From assembly GCA_043228905.1 (NCBI GenBank), contig JBHGNT010000010.1, positions 930,001 to 994,000 of the forward strand: a stretch of 64,000 bases of DNA, read 5' to 3'. This DNA is from Azolla caroliniana. Lineage: Eukaryota > Plantae > Polypodiophyta. Numbering within the stretch: position 1 is the stretch's first letter; each line of letters opens with the position of its first letter. The translations under genes and the position numbers were made by a program. Positions 61,885 to 64,000 of this stretch are shown one piece after another. Under the pieces are notes generated by a model that worked only from the letters and a program-made list of their open reading frames with translations, did no database searches and was not told the origin of the DNA.

Positions 61885-63654
61885 CTATTTTTCAATGCTC
61901 ATCACTTCCAGCTTTCTTGCATCCTCTTTCCTACCCGCAGCAACATAAATATTTGACATCAAGACATAAGCCATTGTACTACAACCATCACTCAGCAATG
62001 CCCGTTCAAAAGCCCATCTCCCAACTTCCACATTTCCCCATTTTTCACATGCACCAAGTAGTGCAAGCCATATGTGAATATTACCATCAGAAGGAATCCT
62101 CTTGATCACTTCCACTGCCTTTTCAAAGTGTGCGGCTCGACCATAAAGACCAGCCATACAAGCATGATGGTCCATACCTGGTGTGAGACCATATTTTTCT
62201 GTCATCTCCATGTAATAAGCTTCACCCTTATCAACAAGGCCCGAGTGACTACATGCATTAAGTATACAAAGAAAAGTGGGTGCATCAGGAACAACGCCAG
62301 CTTTTTGCATTTTTTCGAAACAATTTACCGCTTCTTCTCCATGTCCTTGTTGTGCATATCCTGCAATGAGTGCCGTCCAGCAAGCCACATCATGAACTAC
62401 AAGCTCATCAAACACTTGTTGGGCTTTTCCTAACACTCCACATTTTGCATACATATCCACCAAAGCAGTAGCAATAACAACATTTTTCTCCAATAAGTTG
62501 TGTTTCATAATCTCATCATGGATCTCCTTTCCTTTCTCAATATCCCCTATGCCAGCACAAGCCTTTAAGATACAACTAAATGTAATAGGATCTGGAGAGA
62601 ACCCTTCCTTTTGCATTTTCTCATAACAATTTAGAGCTTCTTCCCCTTGCTCCTGTTGTGCATATCCAGTGATCAATGCATCCCAACATATCGCATCACG
62701 AACACGAAGACAGTCAAAGACTTGTTGAGCCTTGCTTAATTCACCACATTTAGCATACATATCTACCAAAGCAGTGCCAAGGGCAACATCACCATCTTTA
62801 ATTAATCCATCCATAACAATATCCTCATGAATTTGTTTCCCCTTATCGATGGCTCGTGCACCTGTACAAGCCTTCAAGACACATAAATAAGTTACAGAAT
62901 CCGGTGAGACAGCATCCTTTCGCATTAGTTCATAGCAATTTAGTGCCTCTTCAGTAAGTTCATGTTGTGCATATCCAAAAATAAGTGCATTCCAAGAACC
63001 CACATTCCGTATTTGAAGCTCGTCGAAGACATCTTTTGCTCTTTTAAGTGCACCACATTTAGCATACATATCCACTAAAGCAGTACCAAGAATCACATTT
63101 TTTACGAACAATTTCTTCCTATCAATCTCATTGTGAATTTGTTTTCCTTTATCAAAAGCAACTATGGAAGCACAAGCCTTCAAGGCACAAGTATAGGTTA
63201 TCGAATCTGGAACAAAACCTTCTTTCTGCATTCTTTCAAAACAATTCAATGCTTGTAGCCCTTGCCCCTGTTGGGCATATCCAGAAATCAATGCATTCCA
63301 ACATACCAAGTCACGAACCCAAAGCTCATCGAATACTGATTGTGACATGGCCATAGCACCGCACTTGGCATACATGCTAATTAATGAGCTCCCAAGGTAA
63401 GGATTCTTTTGCAATAAATCCTTCTGAATAATGCTGTCATGGACTCTAGAGCCTTGATTTAAATCTTTGGTTTTAGCACAAGCTTTCAATATAGCAATGA
63501 AAGGAAGAGATTCAATGCGAGAATTCGACACAATGATGTTATGTTCCTTCTCTGAACCAGAAAACCCTGGCTTTGACTTACTACAATGAGTTGAGGGTTT
63601 TCTGAAGCTCTTCTTCCACAACAACAACGGAGGAACCTTCTCTGCTGAAGACAT
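61885..63654 (-). CDS. PLS-class pentatricopeptide repeat protein with E domain and no DYW (candidate organellar RNA-editing factor), 589 aa, intronless
   Basis: Repeated P-L-S triplets (WNALISGYAQ / YTCALKAC / GTALVDMYAKCG), FLCILNACSHSGLVDKG, and E-domain WLALLGACEKWGNVEVGRWAF...AYVLMSNIY. Confidence 0.95.
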   Translation of the reverse strand: MSSAEKVPPLLLWKKSFRKPSTHCSKSKPGFSGSEKEHNIIVSNSRIESLPFIAILKACAKTKDLNQGSRVHDSIIQKDLLQKNPYLGSSLISMYAKCGAMAMSQSVFDELWVRDLVCWNALISGYAQQGQGLQALNCFERMQKEGFVPDSITYTCALKACASIVAFDKGKQIHNEIDRKKLFVKNVILGTALVDMYAKCGALKRAKDVFDELQIRNVGSWNALIFGYAQHELTEEALNCYELMRKDAVSPDSVTYLCVLKACTGARAIDKGKQIHEDIVMDGLIKDGDVALGTALVDMYAKCGELSKAQQVFDCLRVRDAICWDALITGYAQQEQGEEALNCYEKMQKEGFSPDPITFSCILKACAGIGDIEKGKEIHDEIMKHNLLEKNVVIATALVDMYAKCGVLGKAQQVFDELVVHDVACWTALIAGYAQQGHGEEAVNCFEKMQKAGVVPDAPTFLCILNACSHSGLVDKGEAYYMEMTEKYGLTPGMDHHACMAGLYGRAAHFEKAVEVIKRIPSDGNIHIWLALLGACEKWGNVEVGRWAFERALLSDGCSTMAYVLMSNIYVAAGRKEDARKLEVMSIEK

Positions 63655-64000
63655 CTCTCACACAGAAATAGATGAACACACAGACAGGGGGGGCTTTGTT
63701 AAAAATTGTACGCAAATTATGTAATGCCTCTGTTTCTAAGATTCTACATGAAGAGATGAAATGTTCTGAAACATTTACATATGTATATAGCTTAGTATAT
63801 ATGGGAAATTATGTAATTAGTTTACTCGAGTGGTAAGTTGTTTTACTATTAGCATAATGTCTAGGGTTCGAAACCGAATTTACTTACCTCTCTATTACCC
63901 CATACATATCCTCTTAATTTTCTCATCTCTCTCTCTCTACTATGCATTTTAAAAACAGCATAATGGTTATGGATAGCTTAGAGCAACGCCAAATGCTTTG

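Overview
Eukaryotic nuclear DNA from a land plant, most likely a fern or another seed-free vascular plant. That is an inference from the Tcn1-type chromoviruses and the PLS-E PPR style. Seven intact host genes can be reconstructed, with GT-AG introns where spliced: a D-type cyclin (+), a clade-D PP2C phosphatase (-), two intronless GC-rich ferric-reductase/FNR-like genes arranged as a tail-to-tail inverted duplicate, a DTW-domain tRNA acp-transferase (+), a CONSTANS-like gene (+) and a PLS-E PPR gene (-). There is also a decayed PPR pseudogene. 37.5-51.2 kb is a transposon nest: an intact, very young Ty3/Gypsy chromovirus sits inside an older chromovirus, which sits in the 3' end of a LINE, next to a second LINE. 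A solo LTR, a hAT MITE and a Mutator MITE each show clear TSDs. Three signals stand out. (1) Both chromoviruses lack a tRNA PBS and instead carry a Tf1-like self-priming complementarity. (2) Both share a -1 frameshift cassette with a covarying 11-bp stem and an identical loop core. (3) The twin reductase genes have old, diverged promoters but near-identical coding bodies, which suggests gene conversion, and they appear to keep only one of the two canonical heme-ligand His pairs.
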